DNA of 64,000 bases from an uncultured Dehalococcoidia bacterium (GTDB taxonomy: Bacteria > Chloroflexota > Dehalococcoidia > Lucifugimonadales > CAJWUJ01). Below the pieces are notes generated by a model that searched no databases, was not told where the DNA came from, and saw only the letters and a program-made list of their open reading frames with translations. Below are positions 50,774-60,080 of the stretch, one piece after another (the stretch's first letter is position 1; every line of letters starts with the position of its first letter). Where the stretch lies: positions 85,848 to 149,847 of the forward strand of contig CAJWUJ010000002.1 in the NCBI GenBank assembly GCA_913047625.1. The letters are read 5' to 3'. The translations under genes and the position numbers were made by a program.

Positions 50774-51991
50774 CTAAATAATGCCAGCCTTGTTTAGTTT
50801 TTCTAGTTCGTCCAGTGAAATACCTAGATAATCGTGAAAAACTTCTTGATTATGCTGACCCAAGGTGGGACCAGAAAACTGTATATGACCAGGTGTTGAA
50901 CTGAAGTGCGGCACGGGTGATGGCATTTTAATTGGACCTAGTATTGGGTGCTCTATTGTCGAAATGTTACCACGATTAATATAGTGAGGATCGTTGAGGA
51001 TATCTGGCGTGGTATATACGGGGAATATAACAGCCCCTGTCGACTCCAGAGCCTGGGTAATTTCATTGGATGTTTTCGTAGTCATCCATTCTTGTATGAT
51101 AATTTCTAATTCTTCTGAGTGTTCCACACGGAGTTTGTTTGTAGTAAACCTCGGATCCTTGATTAGCGTATCCGGGTCGATGGCTTTTGCAAGATTTTCC
51201 CAGGTTCCTTGGGAATTCGCGGATAAGGCTAACCATTGGTTATCGTTGGATTGAAAGATTCCTCTTGGTGATGCGTCTGCAAATCGGCTTCCAATTCTAG
51301 ATGCAACCAAACCCAGTTGATCATACTGGATAATATTTGGTATAAGGAGACGGAAGAGAGGTTCATACAGACTGATATCAATTTCCTGACCTTTATGTTC
51401 TCGCTGGGTTTTTTGCTTCAAGAGGGCCATGAGTATCGACATAGTTGCAAATGTTCCAGCTATTTCATCAGCCAAAGGCATAGGGGGCAGCAGGGGTGGT
51501 AGATTAGGGTAGCCGTTGGAGTTTACAAATCCGCTCATGGCTTCTGCTGCTGAGCCGAATCCTTTTCGTTTGCTGTAAGGACCGGTTTGTCCATATCCTG
51601 TGATGTGAGCGACTATGATTTTGGGATTGACCTTCGCAAGCTGTTCATAGCCTAATCCCCATTTTGCCATAGTGCCAACGCGGAATGATTCTATAAGAAC
51701 GTCAGCTTTTTTTACTAATTTCAGCAAGAGTTCTTTCCCGTCTGGCGTCGATAAGTCTATAGTAACTGACTTTTTATTGCGCCCTATTACAGCCCACCAG
51801 AGGGATTGTCCTTTGTTGAATGGTCCCCAATTACGGATAATATCCCCTTTACTTGGATGTTCGACTTTAATCACGTTTGAGCCGAAATCTGCAAAATGGG
51901 AGGTGCAACTGCCCCCAGCAACGACTTGAGTAAGATCAATGACTGTTACGTTATCAAGAGGGCCAAATATTGTATTGGTTGATGGAGGCAT
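50774..51991 (-). CDS. Class III CoA-transferase (formyl-CoA transferase-like)
   Basis: VIDLT, GRNKKSVTIDL, GYGQTGPY, catalytic Asp in PLADEIAG. Confidence 0.92.
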   Translation of the reverse strand: MPPSTNTIFGPLDNVTVIDLTQVVAGGSCTSHFADFGSNVIKVEHPSKGDIIRNWGPFNKGQSLWWAVIGRNKKSVTIDLSTPDGKELLLKLVKKADVLIESFRVGTMAKWGLGYEQLAKVNPKIIVAHITGYGQTGPYSKRKGFGSAAEAMSGFVNSNGYPNLPPLLPPMPLADEIAGTFATMSILMALLKQKTQREHKGQEIDISLYEPLFRLLIPNIIQYDQLGLVASRIGSRFADASPRGIFQSNDNQWLALSANSQGTWENLAKAIDPDTLIKDPRFTTNKLRVEHSEELEIIIQEWMTTKTSNEITQALESTGAVIFPVYTTPDILNDPHYINRGNISTIEHPILGPIKMPSPVPHFSSTPGHIQFSGPTLGQHNQEVFHDYLGISLDELEKLNKAGII

Positions 51992-52166
51992 AACTCTGTT
52001 ATTTCCCGATGTGTGGCACGCTAGTGATAGTTTCCACTAGACTTTTTGGGTGTTAGTATACAGTGATATATTTGATCATTCGAGATATTTATTAAAGAAA
52101 TACTGCCATCCTGTTATCTATAATGTAAAAAGGCTCCTAAGAATCAATTGTCTGTAAAGGGTTAAT

Positions 52167-53954
52167 ATGGACAACATTAGCAGTTCAGTCGTATTAGAAG
52201 TTTTAAAGAATGCCCTTGAAGGTATTGCGGATGGTATGGCTATCACTGTTGTGAGAACCTCAAGATCCTCTGTAGTCCGTAACGGTTTGGATTTTTCTAC
52301 GGCTTTACTAAATGCAGATGGCAAATTAATTGGTCAGGGTATGTGCCAACCTATCCACTTGGGCGGAATGGAGCCAGCTTTACGTTCTATCCTTGATAAA
52401 TACCAGGGAAATATTTCTCCTGGAGATATTTTAATAAATAACGATCCTTACGAAGGCGGAAGTCATCTTCCTGATATCTTTCAATACAAACCTGTTTTTG
52501 TGGGAGAGACATTAATGGGATTTTGTTGTGCGATGACACATCATACTGATATTGGCGGTCGTGTTGCAGGAGGTAATTCTTCAGATAGTACTGAGATCTA
52601 TCAGGAAGGCTTACGGATTCCCCCGTTAAAACTTTATGACCAGGGTAGTCCTAACGAAGCTTTGATGCGCGTCATTGAGAAGGCAGTCAGGGTTCCAGAT
52701 AAAGTTATGGGAGATCTTTTAGGGCAAGTAGCGGCAATGGAATATGGTGCGGAACAATATTTACAACTAGTGAAGAATTACGGTAGAGAAACACTTTTGC
52801 ATTATCAGAATCAGCTGTTGGAGTATACAGAGTCTCTCATGAGGAAAACCATCAGAACTATGCCGGATGGTCAGTGGCAGTTCACTGATTACATTGATGA
52901 TGATGGGTTTTCCAATACGAAGATTGCCATAGTTGTTAGCCTGAGTAAGAAAGATGATCAGATCGTAGTAAATTTTGAAGGAACATCCTCCCAGTGTACG
53001 GGAGCAATACAACCAGTATTTGCGACAACGCAGGGTATGGTGTATTCAGCAGTTAGAAACGTTGTTGCTGCTTTGGGAGTGGACATTCCAAATACGTCTG
53101 GTTATTTTAATCCTATAAAAGTTCTTGCGCCTGAAGGAACGTTTGTTAATCCTAACCTACCAGCACCAGTAGCAGCGCGCAATCTGGGGTGCATTAGAGT
53201 ACATCAGGCTGTGATGGGGGCTTTTGCCCAGATGTTGCCTGAAAGGATTTATGCATGTTCAGGAGGAGCAGAATATCTCTGCACACTTTCTGGTTATGAC
53301 CGGACTGTCATCCCTTGGCAAGCGTGGGTTCAAATTGAAGCTTCTAACGAGTTTGGATCAGGAGGCTATCCTTGGCGAGATGGTATTGATGGAGAGTCTG
53401 CAGGATCAACCAATATTGCGAATATCCCGTCCGAAATCATGGAAGTGGATAATCCAGTAATGATTGAGCAATACGGGATGGTATCGGATATGGAGGGAGC
53501 GGGGAAATATCGTGGATGCGTCGGTATGGTACGGGCTTATAAAATACTGGAAGATAATGTAATGGTACAAATTCGAAGTGATCGTGCCAAATCGTCTTCC
53601 TATGGATTATTTGGTGGGCAAAGTCCTGGGAATACTCAGATTGTTATAGAACGTGGTTCCACTACGGAAGTTAAGGAATCTAAGTTTATTGATAATCTGA
53701 ATACAGGAGATCGGTTAATAGCAGTACTTCCCGGCGGAGGAGGCTGGGGACTACCATATGAAAGAGATATAGACCTGGTGTTAAACGATGTGCGTTTGGG
53801 GAAACTAAGCTTTGAAAGAGCAGAAACTGTTTACGGTGTTGCAATTAAACAGTCTGGATTAGAATTTTGGGTGGACGAACAGTTAACCAATGAGAATAGG
53901 AGATCTATTTGTAATGACTATCTGAGTGACTCATGTCGGGAGAAACAAGCCTGA
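52167..53954 (+). CDS. hyuB: Hydantoinase B/oxoprolinase family protein
   Basis: NDPYEGGSHLPD, HHTDIGG, GGGGWG. Close paralogue of 18634..20361. Confidence 0.9.
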   Translation: MDNISSSVVLEVLKNALEGIADGMAITVVRTSRSSVVRNGLDFSTALLNADGKLIGQGMCQPIHLGGMEPALRSILDKYQGNISPGDILINNDPYEGGSHLPDIFQYKPVFVGETLMGFCCAMTHHTDIGGRVAGGNSSDSTEIYQEGLRIPPLKLYDQGSPNEALMRVIEKAVRVPDKVMGDLLGQVAAMEYGAEQYLQLVKNYGRETLLHYQNQLLEYTESLMRKTIRTMPDGQWQFTDYIDDDGFSNTKIAIVVSLSKKDDQIVVNFEGTSSQCTGAIQPVFATTQGMVYSAVRNVVAALGVDIPNTSGYFNPIKVLAPEGTFVNPNLPAPVAARNLGCIRVHQAVMGAFAQMLPERIYACSGGAEYLCTLSGYDRTVIPWQAWVQIEASNEFGSGGYPWRDGIDGESAGSTNIANIPSEIMEVDNPVMIEQYGMVSDMEGAGKYRGCVGMVRAYKILEDNVMVQIRSDRAKSSSYGLFGGQSPGNTQIVIERGSTTEVKESKFIDNLNTGDRLIAVLPGGGGWGLPYERDIDLVLNDVRLGKLSFERAETVYGVAIKQSGLEFWVDEQLTNENRRSICNDYLSDSCREKQA

Positions 53955-53962
53955 GATAAAAA

Positions 53963-54964
53963 TCATCCCTCTTGAAGTCGAATAGTTGGAAGGTCAATCA
54001 CTGTTAGAAGACCCGCTGGAGCACTAGCCATACTATACAGAGTGTTAGCAACCATTCCTATTGTGGCACTGTCTCCGAAGATACCCCCATGAATTTTCAT
54101 ATCTATTGAGGGAGTGGCGTCAATATAGGTCGCATCAACACTGTCTTCGGCGCCTACATACATATAGAGTTCCAGTGTAATCACTGTTCTCCCATTTCGT
54201 ATCCCGGTTGAAATTTGGTGAACTCCAGCTGCTTCGTCAGGTTGGACTGTGAGATACGGTGTCTGCACCATCTTTTTACTGATGACTGGTTCGATGCTTT
54301 CGGTAATGGTATCCAGTTTCCATCCCAGTCCATAGGCGAGAAGTGCTAGAGACTCTTCCATACCGACATGTCTTATTGACCCGTCAGCAGCCTTGTCTCT
54401 AAATTCTTTTTCACTCAAACCAGCTCCAACTTTTCGTTGCAGAGGCAATCTCCGTTTACCAGCATCTACAATTCGAGTGACGGTAACACTATTGATGCCA
54501 GATACTGGTCCGGTGAGTGCTACAGGAAGAAGATCCATTACGTAGCCAGGATTGACCCCAGTTCCTACGAGAGTTGCATTATGTTTTTTAGCAAGAACGT
54601 GTAGTTTGTCAGCAGCAGTCTTATGTCTGTGCCAGGGGAATGCCATCTCTTCACACGTAGAAACCACGGAAATTCCTGACTCAACAGCGGGTTTGATTTG
54701 GTCGCTAGTGGTCAAAAATGACGAACTTGCTGTGTGAAGTAGAACATCAGCTGGAGTTTGCTGTAGTACCTCTTCAAGAGATGCTTTTACAGGAATACCA
54801 AGAGGTTTGCTCATCTGGGCTACTTTTCCGATATCTTTCCCGACTTTGTCAGGATCAACATCAACAGCCCCTACTACTACCAAGTTTCTTCTTGAGGCAA
54901 GAAGTTTGGTTAACTCAACACCGATGGAACCAAGGCCCATTTGCACTACTCTAATTTGACTCAT
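53963..54964 (-). CDS. DapB-like / 2,4-diaminopentanoate dehydrogenase family NAD(P) oxidoreductase
   Basis: MGLGSIG, VVSTCEE, GTGVNPG, RRLPLQRKVGAG, GDSAT. Confidence 0.8.
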   Translation of the reverse strand: MSQIRVVQMGLGSIGVELTKLLASRRNLVVVGAVDVDPDKVGKDIGKVAQMSKPLGIPVKASLEEVLQQTPADVLLHTASSSFLTTSDQIKPAVESGISVVSTCEEMAFPWHRHKTAADKLHVLAKKHNATLVGTGVNPGYVMDLLPVALTGPVSGINSVTVTRIVDAGKRRLPLQRKVGAGLSEKEFRDKAADGSIRHVGMEESLALLAYGLGWKLDTITESIEPVISKKMVQTPYLTVQPDEAAGVHQISTGIRNGRTVITLELYMYVGAEDSVDATYIDATPSIDMKIHGGIFGDSATIGMVANTLYSMASAPAGLLTVIDLPTIRLQEG

Positions 54965-55084
54965 TATATAGTCCTTTAGAAGTGGTTTTATGTTGGATTA
55001 GCTGATAACACTATCTTAACACATTCAATATCTAAGTGCTAACATCAAGAGGGAGTCCTTGATGTTTTTAGAAGGTTATGGGTA

Positions 55085-55125
55085 ACATCCACTTGAAATT
55101 TGCCTAGCTGTTTTCAAGTGGATGT
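55085..55125 (-). terminator. 14-bp stem-loop just downstream of the RidA gene (terminator-like)
   Basis: ACATCCACTTGAAA-13 nt-TTTCAAGTGGATGT, 9 nt after the stop codon. No clear U-tract. Confidence 0.5.
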
Positions 55126-55134
55126 CTACTCACT

Positions 55135-55518
55135 TTAGTCAGGAATGCATGCAGTGCACATGATTTCTACAAGTAGCTCAGGCCTGTTAAGCATTACTTC
55201 TACCGTTGCTCTGGCGGGCTTATCACTAGTGAAGTACTCATTATAGACTTCGTTGTATCCACCAAGATCCTCTCGTTTGGTAAGGAATGTGGTGACTGTC
55301 AAAACGTTTTCTAGAGATGACCCTGCAGCTTCCAGTATCAACTTGAGCCTTTCAATTGTATAACGGGTTTGTTCTCGAACATCTTTCCCAAGCTGACCTG
55401 AGACTGGGTCTGTTCCAGTGTTGCCTGAGACAAAAACGAGGTTTCCAAATCTTGTTGCATGTGAAAGATTGGCATTAGGTCCGAACTGTTCGACTGTGAT
55501 GGTTTCTTTCTTTGGCAT
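55135..55518 (-). CDS. RidA family protein
   Basis: VFVSG, EAAGSSLENV, PARAT with the catalytic Arg, LVEI. Confidence 0.92.
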   Translation of the reverse strand: MPKKETITVEQFGPNANLSHATRFGNLVFVSGNTGTDPVSGQLGKDVREQTRYTIERLKLILEAAGSSLENVLTVTTFLTKREDLGGYNEVYNEYFTSDKPARATVEVMLNRPELLVEIMCTACIPD

Positions 55519-55646
55519 AGTAATTCCTCCAATAGTAATTAAGACGTGCCCAGTTTATCTTCGAGGAGCTATCGTGTAAATGGTTACTTATTTTGAGATA
55601 TCTTTATTTATATACATGTGGAGCTTTTTGATATTAGTAGCTATGA

Positions 55647-56102
55647 CTATGTGATACGGTTGAGCAAATCTTCAATAGCTTCTGTAGTATTCATGTCCTG
55701 TTCCCATGCTAAGATAAATCCGTTTTCGTCTATAACGACAGCTGGCCTACGCCCTTCTTCCGATTTCTTAACATATCGGTCTCCATCAGGATCGGACATT
55801 TCCAATGCTGCTCCAACCTTTCTTCCGACATCTTGAAGAACTTTAAATGGGAGGTTTTCTTTTTCGACCCATTCTTTGTTGACTTGAGCTCCTTTATCAT
55901 TCATACCGTAGATAACGATATCATGTTGGCTGAATTTATCGGCTAACTCACGGTAGCCGTGTGCCATACGTGTTCAGTTACCACCTCCAGGGCTTGTAAA
56001 AAAGTAAAGCCAAATTTTCTTACCCCGCAGACTGCGGGAGTCGACCTCATTGCCACAACAGTCAGTTAGGGTAAAATCGGGTGCTTTTTCACCTATGTTC
56101 AT
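55647..56102 (-). CDS. Peroxiredoxin/BCP-like (AhpC-TSA) protein, probable selenoprotein with in-frame UGA at codon 43
   Basis: MNIGEKAPDFTLTD...LRGRKFGLYFFTSPGGGN[TGA]TRMAHGYREL...LPFKVLQD...RRPAVVIDENG. One frame throughout; SD GAGGA upstream. Confidence 0.85.
55940..55959 (-). promoter_or_regulatory. Candidate bacterial SECIS hairpin
   Basis: CGGCTA-CCGTGAGT-TAGCCG begins 14 nt after the in-frame UGA (55974-55976). Confidence 0.5.
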
Positions 56103-56167
56103 CACTTGTCCTCACTTTGATAGTTAATTTATTTGGTACCAGCAAAATATGTAAAGGCATTCTGAAA

Positions 56168-58174
56168 CTATAGTGTATCAAATATAGGCGTTTTGCGGGC
56201 TGATGCTATATAACGATCTACGTCTTCTTGAAGCAGGAGACCGTCTTTATGTAGTTCTCTTGCCGCTTGGACTACAGCCTTAATGTATTGATCCTTTGAA
56301 GAAAATCTTTCCTGAACTGATAACCGTGGATCAGCGTTAGCAAGCCGTTCCGCTTTAGATAGGCTAAAAGGAAAGTAGCTTCCTGTAGTGCCGGTAGGTG
56401 CATTTTCAGCATAGCCAGGCAATCGCATATTCCAACCTGTGTAGGTTGCTAGTGCGACTGTTACATCAGGAGTGCGAATCCCAGCTATCTCGTTCCCATC
56501 GTCATCAACTTGTGAAACATAGATAGGGTATTCCTTATCAAGGAGTTCTATAGGAGGTTCCTGTTCTAGGATGCCTTCCTTGAAGTTAGATCCGTGATCT
56601 TGAAAATGGACTCGGTTGATTAAGAAAGAGCAGAATACCCCCGGTATGGAAGGAAATTTGTCTCTTATTTGGTTAGCCTTGACAGCAGATTCATCGGATA
56701 AAACAGGGACTCTGCTTGAAGGAGGAGAAGTCTCTTTCCGTACCCATTGATCAAGTCTGTCTAGGAGGGCTCGTAGCAGAGGTGTGGAGTTAAGTGGATT
56801 TGGTTTATAACGCGTATGTCCAGCAATTTCAGCTACCAATGGATCGAGGTTTCCTGGTAACGGATCTGCAAAGTGCTGGGAACTCGCGAACAAAAATACA
56901 CGGGCTTTCTCGTTTTCTGGCAGGGCATTGCCATTAAAATCAGTGTGTACGAGAGATCCACGCCTATCCCAATATTCTGAGGATGTTTGAGTATGAATGA
57001 CCAGAGGATCGGTTTCAGGCCGCTTGAGGATTCCATCCTCTATATCACTGAATGGATCCGTGAGTACGGAGTAGGCGAAGGGAAATTGATCTGAAGGGTA
57101 CAGATGTTCTGCGTGCTTCAATGGAAATCTACCTGGCTGGGCGAACCGGTAATTTAAACAGACTCGTCCTCCTCCCGCAACGTGGGGAAAGATTCCGTCG
57201 AAAACTTTTTGCTGGTTGGGTGCTGCATTGTAACCTTGGTAAACGAATTCGCGAAGGAATCTACCACTCTGTGATCGTCCCCAAGCATATGCCCTTTCTA
57301 CTGGAGCATCTTTGCTGTATAGAGGATTGGGGATCTGATTCGCATCCGCTTTTTCTGATTTCAAGAACCAGATGAGATCGCGGACACCAAGGAAACCTAG
57401 TCCTAGCACAGGCGGATTAATGGCAGTATAGATAAGTTCGTAGATCAGTCCTGGTTTAAAACCTGATCGTAGGTAACAATGTTGATCAGAAGGAACAATT
57501 TGCCCATCAGTCTCTTGGTATCCAAATATCCATTCAGCTGGTTTTATTGGGATTCTTTCATCTTCTTCATACTCCCGATACGTTAGGGAAGCACTTGAGG
57601 TGTCCAGAGATGCCGTCGAGTAACTATCGGTATACGAATTGCCACTCAGTGGAAGGCTAAATACGTCTTGGGTATCAACGATGAACTCCGATCGAACTAG
57701 TCCCTTTATAGGTTGACTGTTATGTGAGGGAATCGGAAGGTGCATAGTCAGTCTATGGTCACCAGAGCTAAGATCCCCCTGCCATCCAGACCAGACGATA
57801 GAATATCCTCTCCTCATCAAATAACCATTCCCAGCATGTTCAGCAAGCATAGGTTTATTGCTGTGAACGGCATCGTTCATGAACTGCAGTAACCTTTTAT
57901 TACCTCGGTTGTTAACGTCATATATTAACGTTCCGTTTCCGCGGTCAAGAAAAAGTGGTTTTAGCATATAGAAATCTGTTGAGAATTCCACTAATCCCTC
58001 AGAATTGGTTGGAGCAAGGTTCAAGTCGACGATGGAGGCGTTCGTTGGGTTTTCTGGGTTAACAGAAAATAGAACAGTTCCTGAAATACATTCATACGAC
58101 CCAACGTCTCCAAACAGCGCACCGTTTGCGAAGGGTTCTCTGTTCACTATTTGTAGCCGAATTTGTGTGTCCAT
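56168..58174 (-). CDS. Alpha/beta hydrolase domain protein (Abhydrolase_10-like)
   Basis: YDVNNRG, GRSQSGRFLREF, EYWDRRGSLVHT, DDDGNEIAGIR. Confidence 0.8.
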   Translation of the reverse strand: MDTQIRLQIVNREPFANGALFGDVGSYECISGTVLFSVNPENPTNASIVDLNLAPTNSEGLVEFSTDFYMLKPLFLDRGNGTLIYDVNNRGNKRLLQFMNDAVHSNKPMLAEHAGNGYLMRRGYSIVWSGWQGDLSSGDHRLTMHLPIPSHNSQPIKGLVRSEFIVDTQDVFSLPLSGNSYTDSYSTASLDTSSASLTYREYEEDERIPIKPAEWIFGYQETDGQIVPSDQHCYLRSGFKPGLIYELIYTAINPPVLGLGFLGVRDLIWFLKSEKADANQIPNPLYSKDAPVERAYAWGRSQSGRFLREFVYQGYNAAPNQQKVFDGIFPHVAGGGRVCLNYRFAQPGRFPLKHAEHLYPSDQFPFAYSVLTDPFSDIEDGILKRPETDPLVIHTQTSSEYWDRRGSLVHTDFNGNALPENEKARVFLFASSQHFADPLPGNLDPLVAEIAGHTRYKPNPLNSTPLLRALLDRLDQWVRKETSPPSSRVPVLSDESAVKANQIRDKFPSIPGVFCSFLINRVHFQDHGSNFKEGILEQEPPIELLDKEYPIYVSQVDDDGNEIAGIRTPDVTVALATYTGWNMRLPGYAENAPTGTTGSYFPFSLSKAERLANADPRLSVQERFSSKDQYIKAVVQAARELHKDGLLLQEDVDRYIASARKTPIFDTL

Positions 58175-58243
58175 AGTTGAATGATTTTACTAGAAAATAG
58201 TCGATAAGGGATAGCTATTAATCTGTTTTGTGCCTCATGAGCA

Positions 58244-59317
58244 CTAATTGGATAAGTTTTGTGCCATTGAAAGGAATTTATTTGCTTCGGGTCCTATTCG
58301 TTGTGCCCAATCATCGATGCTACCTTTCAATAGCTGGGTTAGTTCTGCTGCCATTGCTTCAGACAGAGGTGATGGGGAGAAAGTGTTTTTGGACCCGAAA
58401 CGAGTATCACTTCCTTGCTCCATTTGTGTCATCCAGAAATTTCTATTCATTGCAGATAATTCAAGTCCAACTGAGTTTAGAATAGTCATTGTATCGTCGG
58501 GGATAGAAAAATGAGCATCAACATTAAAAACAGACTCAGCGTACCCTCCACAGGCAGGAAGAACAGTGTAATAGGGAGTGATCTCTTGAAAGTCATTTGA
58601 TGCAGCGGCAGAAATGCTAGTAATTGCCGCATCAACCTGTCCATCTTTGAGAGATTGGTAAGTGTCTTCCCAGGGTATTTGAGAAGCTGTTATCCCTAGG
58701 GAAGATAATTGGTTTACCCCAAGGGCTGTATTATGACGAATCTTCATATCGAGAAAGCTTTGAATGTCCGTAAGTGGTTCTTTTGTGAAAATTGCTTGTT
58801 GGGGGTAGGTGAAAGAGCCATAACTAGGATCAATTATAAGTCTGTGGTCATTGTCATATATTTCACTGCGCAACGGTTTAGTCGCGTAAAACATGTCCTC
58901 AGCTTGGTCATATGATGTACACAGTCCCATGAGATGATAGATATTCATTTCCGGAGAATCTAGAGTCAGATACATTGGAACTGTTTCCCACATAGCAAAG
59001 ACTCCTTCTCTAACAAGGTTTATCCCGTGACCTCCGGAATATCCTAGGGTGTCGTAATTTGTGTACGTTATCTGGAAATAGTTAGCAGTGAGTTTTTGGA
59101 GCCGCGCGTTTGCAGCTGAATGATTTTGAGCTATTGGGTGTGTAGCATTGTAGATTCCTCCCCATGTCCATTTTACATTTGCAGGCACATTTTTTTGCTG
59201 AGGTATGGGAATCGGTTGTACAGATATATCCTTGGATTCCGTAGGTGCTCCACATCCAGCCAGTAGTGAATGGAAAATGCAGCAAAACAGAATCAGAAGT
59301 GTGCTGAATTTTTTCAT
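58244..59317 (-). CDS. dctP: TRAP transporter substrate-binding lipoprotein (DctP-like)
   Basis: Lipobox LAGC, MKIR, IPWEDTYQSLKDGQVDA. Confidence 0.75.
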   Translation of the reverse strand: MKKFSTLLILFCCIFHSLLAGCGAPTESKDISVQPIPIPQQKNVPANVKWTWGGIYNATHPIAQNHSAANARLQKLTANYFQITYTNYDTLGYSGGHGINLVREGVFAMWETVPMYLTLDSPEMNIYHLMGLCTSYDQAEDMFYATKPLRSEIYDNDHRLIIDPSYGSFTYPQQAIFTKEPLTDIQSFLDMKIRHNTALGVNQLSSLGITASQIPWEDTYQSLKDGQVDAAITSISAAASNDFQEITPYYTVLPACGGYAESVFNVDAHFSIPDDTMTILNSVGLELSAMNRNFWMTQMEQGSDTRFGSKNTFSPSPLSEAMAAELTQLLKGSIDDWAQRIGPEANKFLSMAQNLSN

Positions 59318-59434
59318 AAAGTAGCGTAGTTACGAAGGTTACGAGTTTGTCGTCTAGCGTTAACCAGTACGATATCCTGATTATACAAGTGATGAAGATT
59401 CAGTGCGAGTAGATGGAAAGAAACATCTAGATTC

Positions 59435-60049
59435 TTAGTCTGTCCAGTTTATAACCATATCGCGCTGTTTTTGGTTCTGTGGAGACGCTCTAAACTTGCT
59501 TGCCGTGTTATTCCGAAGGCTGTCCAATAATAACAGTGCCTCATCCCCGGAATATCCATGTCTAGCTAGATAGCATCCTACAACTAAACCGGTTCGTCCT
59601 AGTCCGCGAAAACAGTGAAGGTATATAGGTTGATTCTTTTTGATTTTGTCATCTATGCAATTCAGAATTGCTTGCATGAATGATTTTGAAGGGACGTTGC
59701 GATCCATGATGGGGAACCTGTGATGCTGGATAATCATGTTTTGGTTTGTGGCAAGCTGATCGAGCTTGTCAAAATACTCGAAGCGTTCATTAGTTTCTGT
59801 GAGATCGATAATATGTTTTATGTTTGCATTTATAATAGACTGATGTCGTTGTTTAGAGGTATGAAAATAATGGTACTTGGTTTTATGGAGACCAACGATA
59901 GTGTGCGTACAGGAAATAAGCGTTGTTAGAGGATTATATGAATAGTGCGTTCCTGGATAGTCACCTGCTAGGAATTTATTTGGTACGACCCAGTACGAGA
60001 AAGGATTAGGATTGTGATTGGTTTGATTAGCATCCATGATGTGCACCAA
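59435..60049 (-). CDS. Protein-tyrosine/dual-specificity phosphatase family protein
   Basis: SYWVVP..LAGDYP, IDLTE, FPIMD, CX5R motif HCFRGLGRTG. Confidence 0.85.
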   Translation of the reverse strand: MVHIMDANQTNHNPNPFSYWVVPNKFLAGDYPGTHYSYNPLTTLISCTHTIVGLHKTKYHYFHTSKQRHQSIINANIKHIIDLTETNERFEYFDKLDQLATNQNMIIQHHRFPIMDRNVPSKSFMQAILNCIDDKIKKNQPIYLHCFRGLGRTGLVVGCYLARHGYSGDEALLLLDSLRNNTASKFRASPQNQKQRDMVINWTD

Positions 60050-60080
60050 ACATTATACGAATTAAGAGAAAGGTTCAATA

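Noticed and set aside
55036-55070. Hairpin as an integron attC site (TAAC...GTT ends)
   Set aside because: Too short, does not fit RYYYAAC/GTTRRRY, and no integron integrase is present
55647-55967. 106-aa ORF as a complete gene
   Set aside because: It lacks the N-terminal half of the thioredoxin fold, which lies in frame upstream of a single TGA
28042-59376. Recurring CGATAT/ATATCG words in spacers (~28052, ~29032, ~50708, ~59370) as a shared operator
   Set aside because: Too short and variably oriented in AT-rich DNA to support without a statistical motif search
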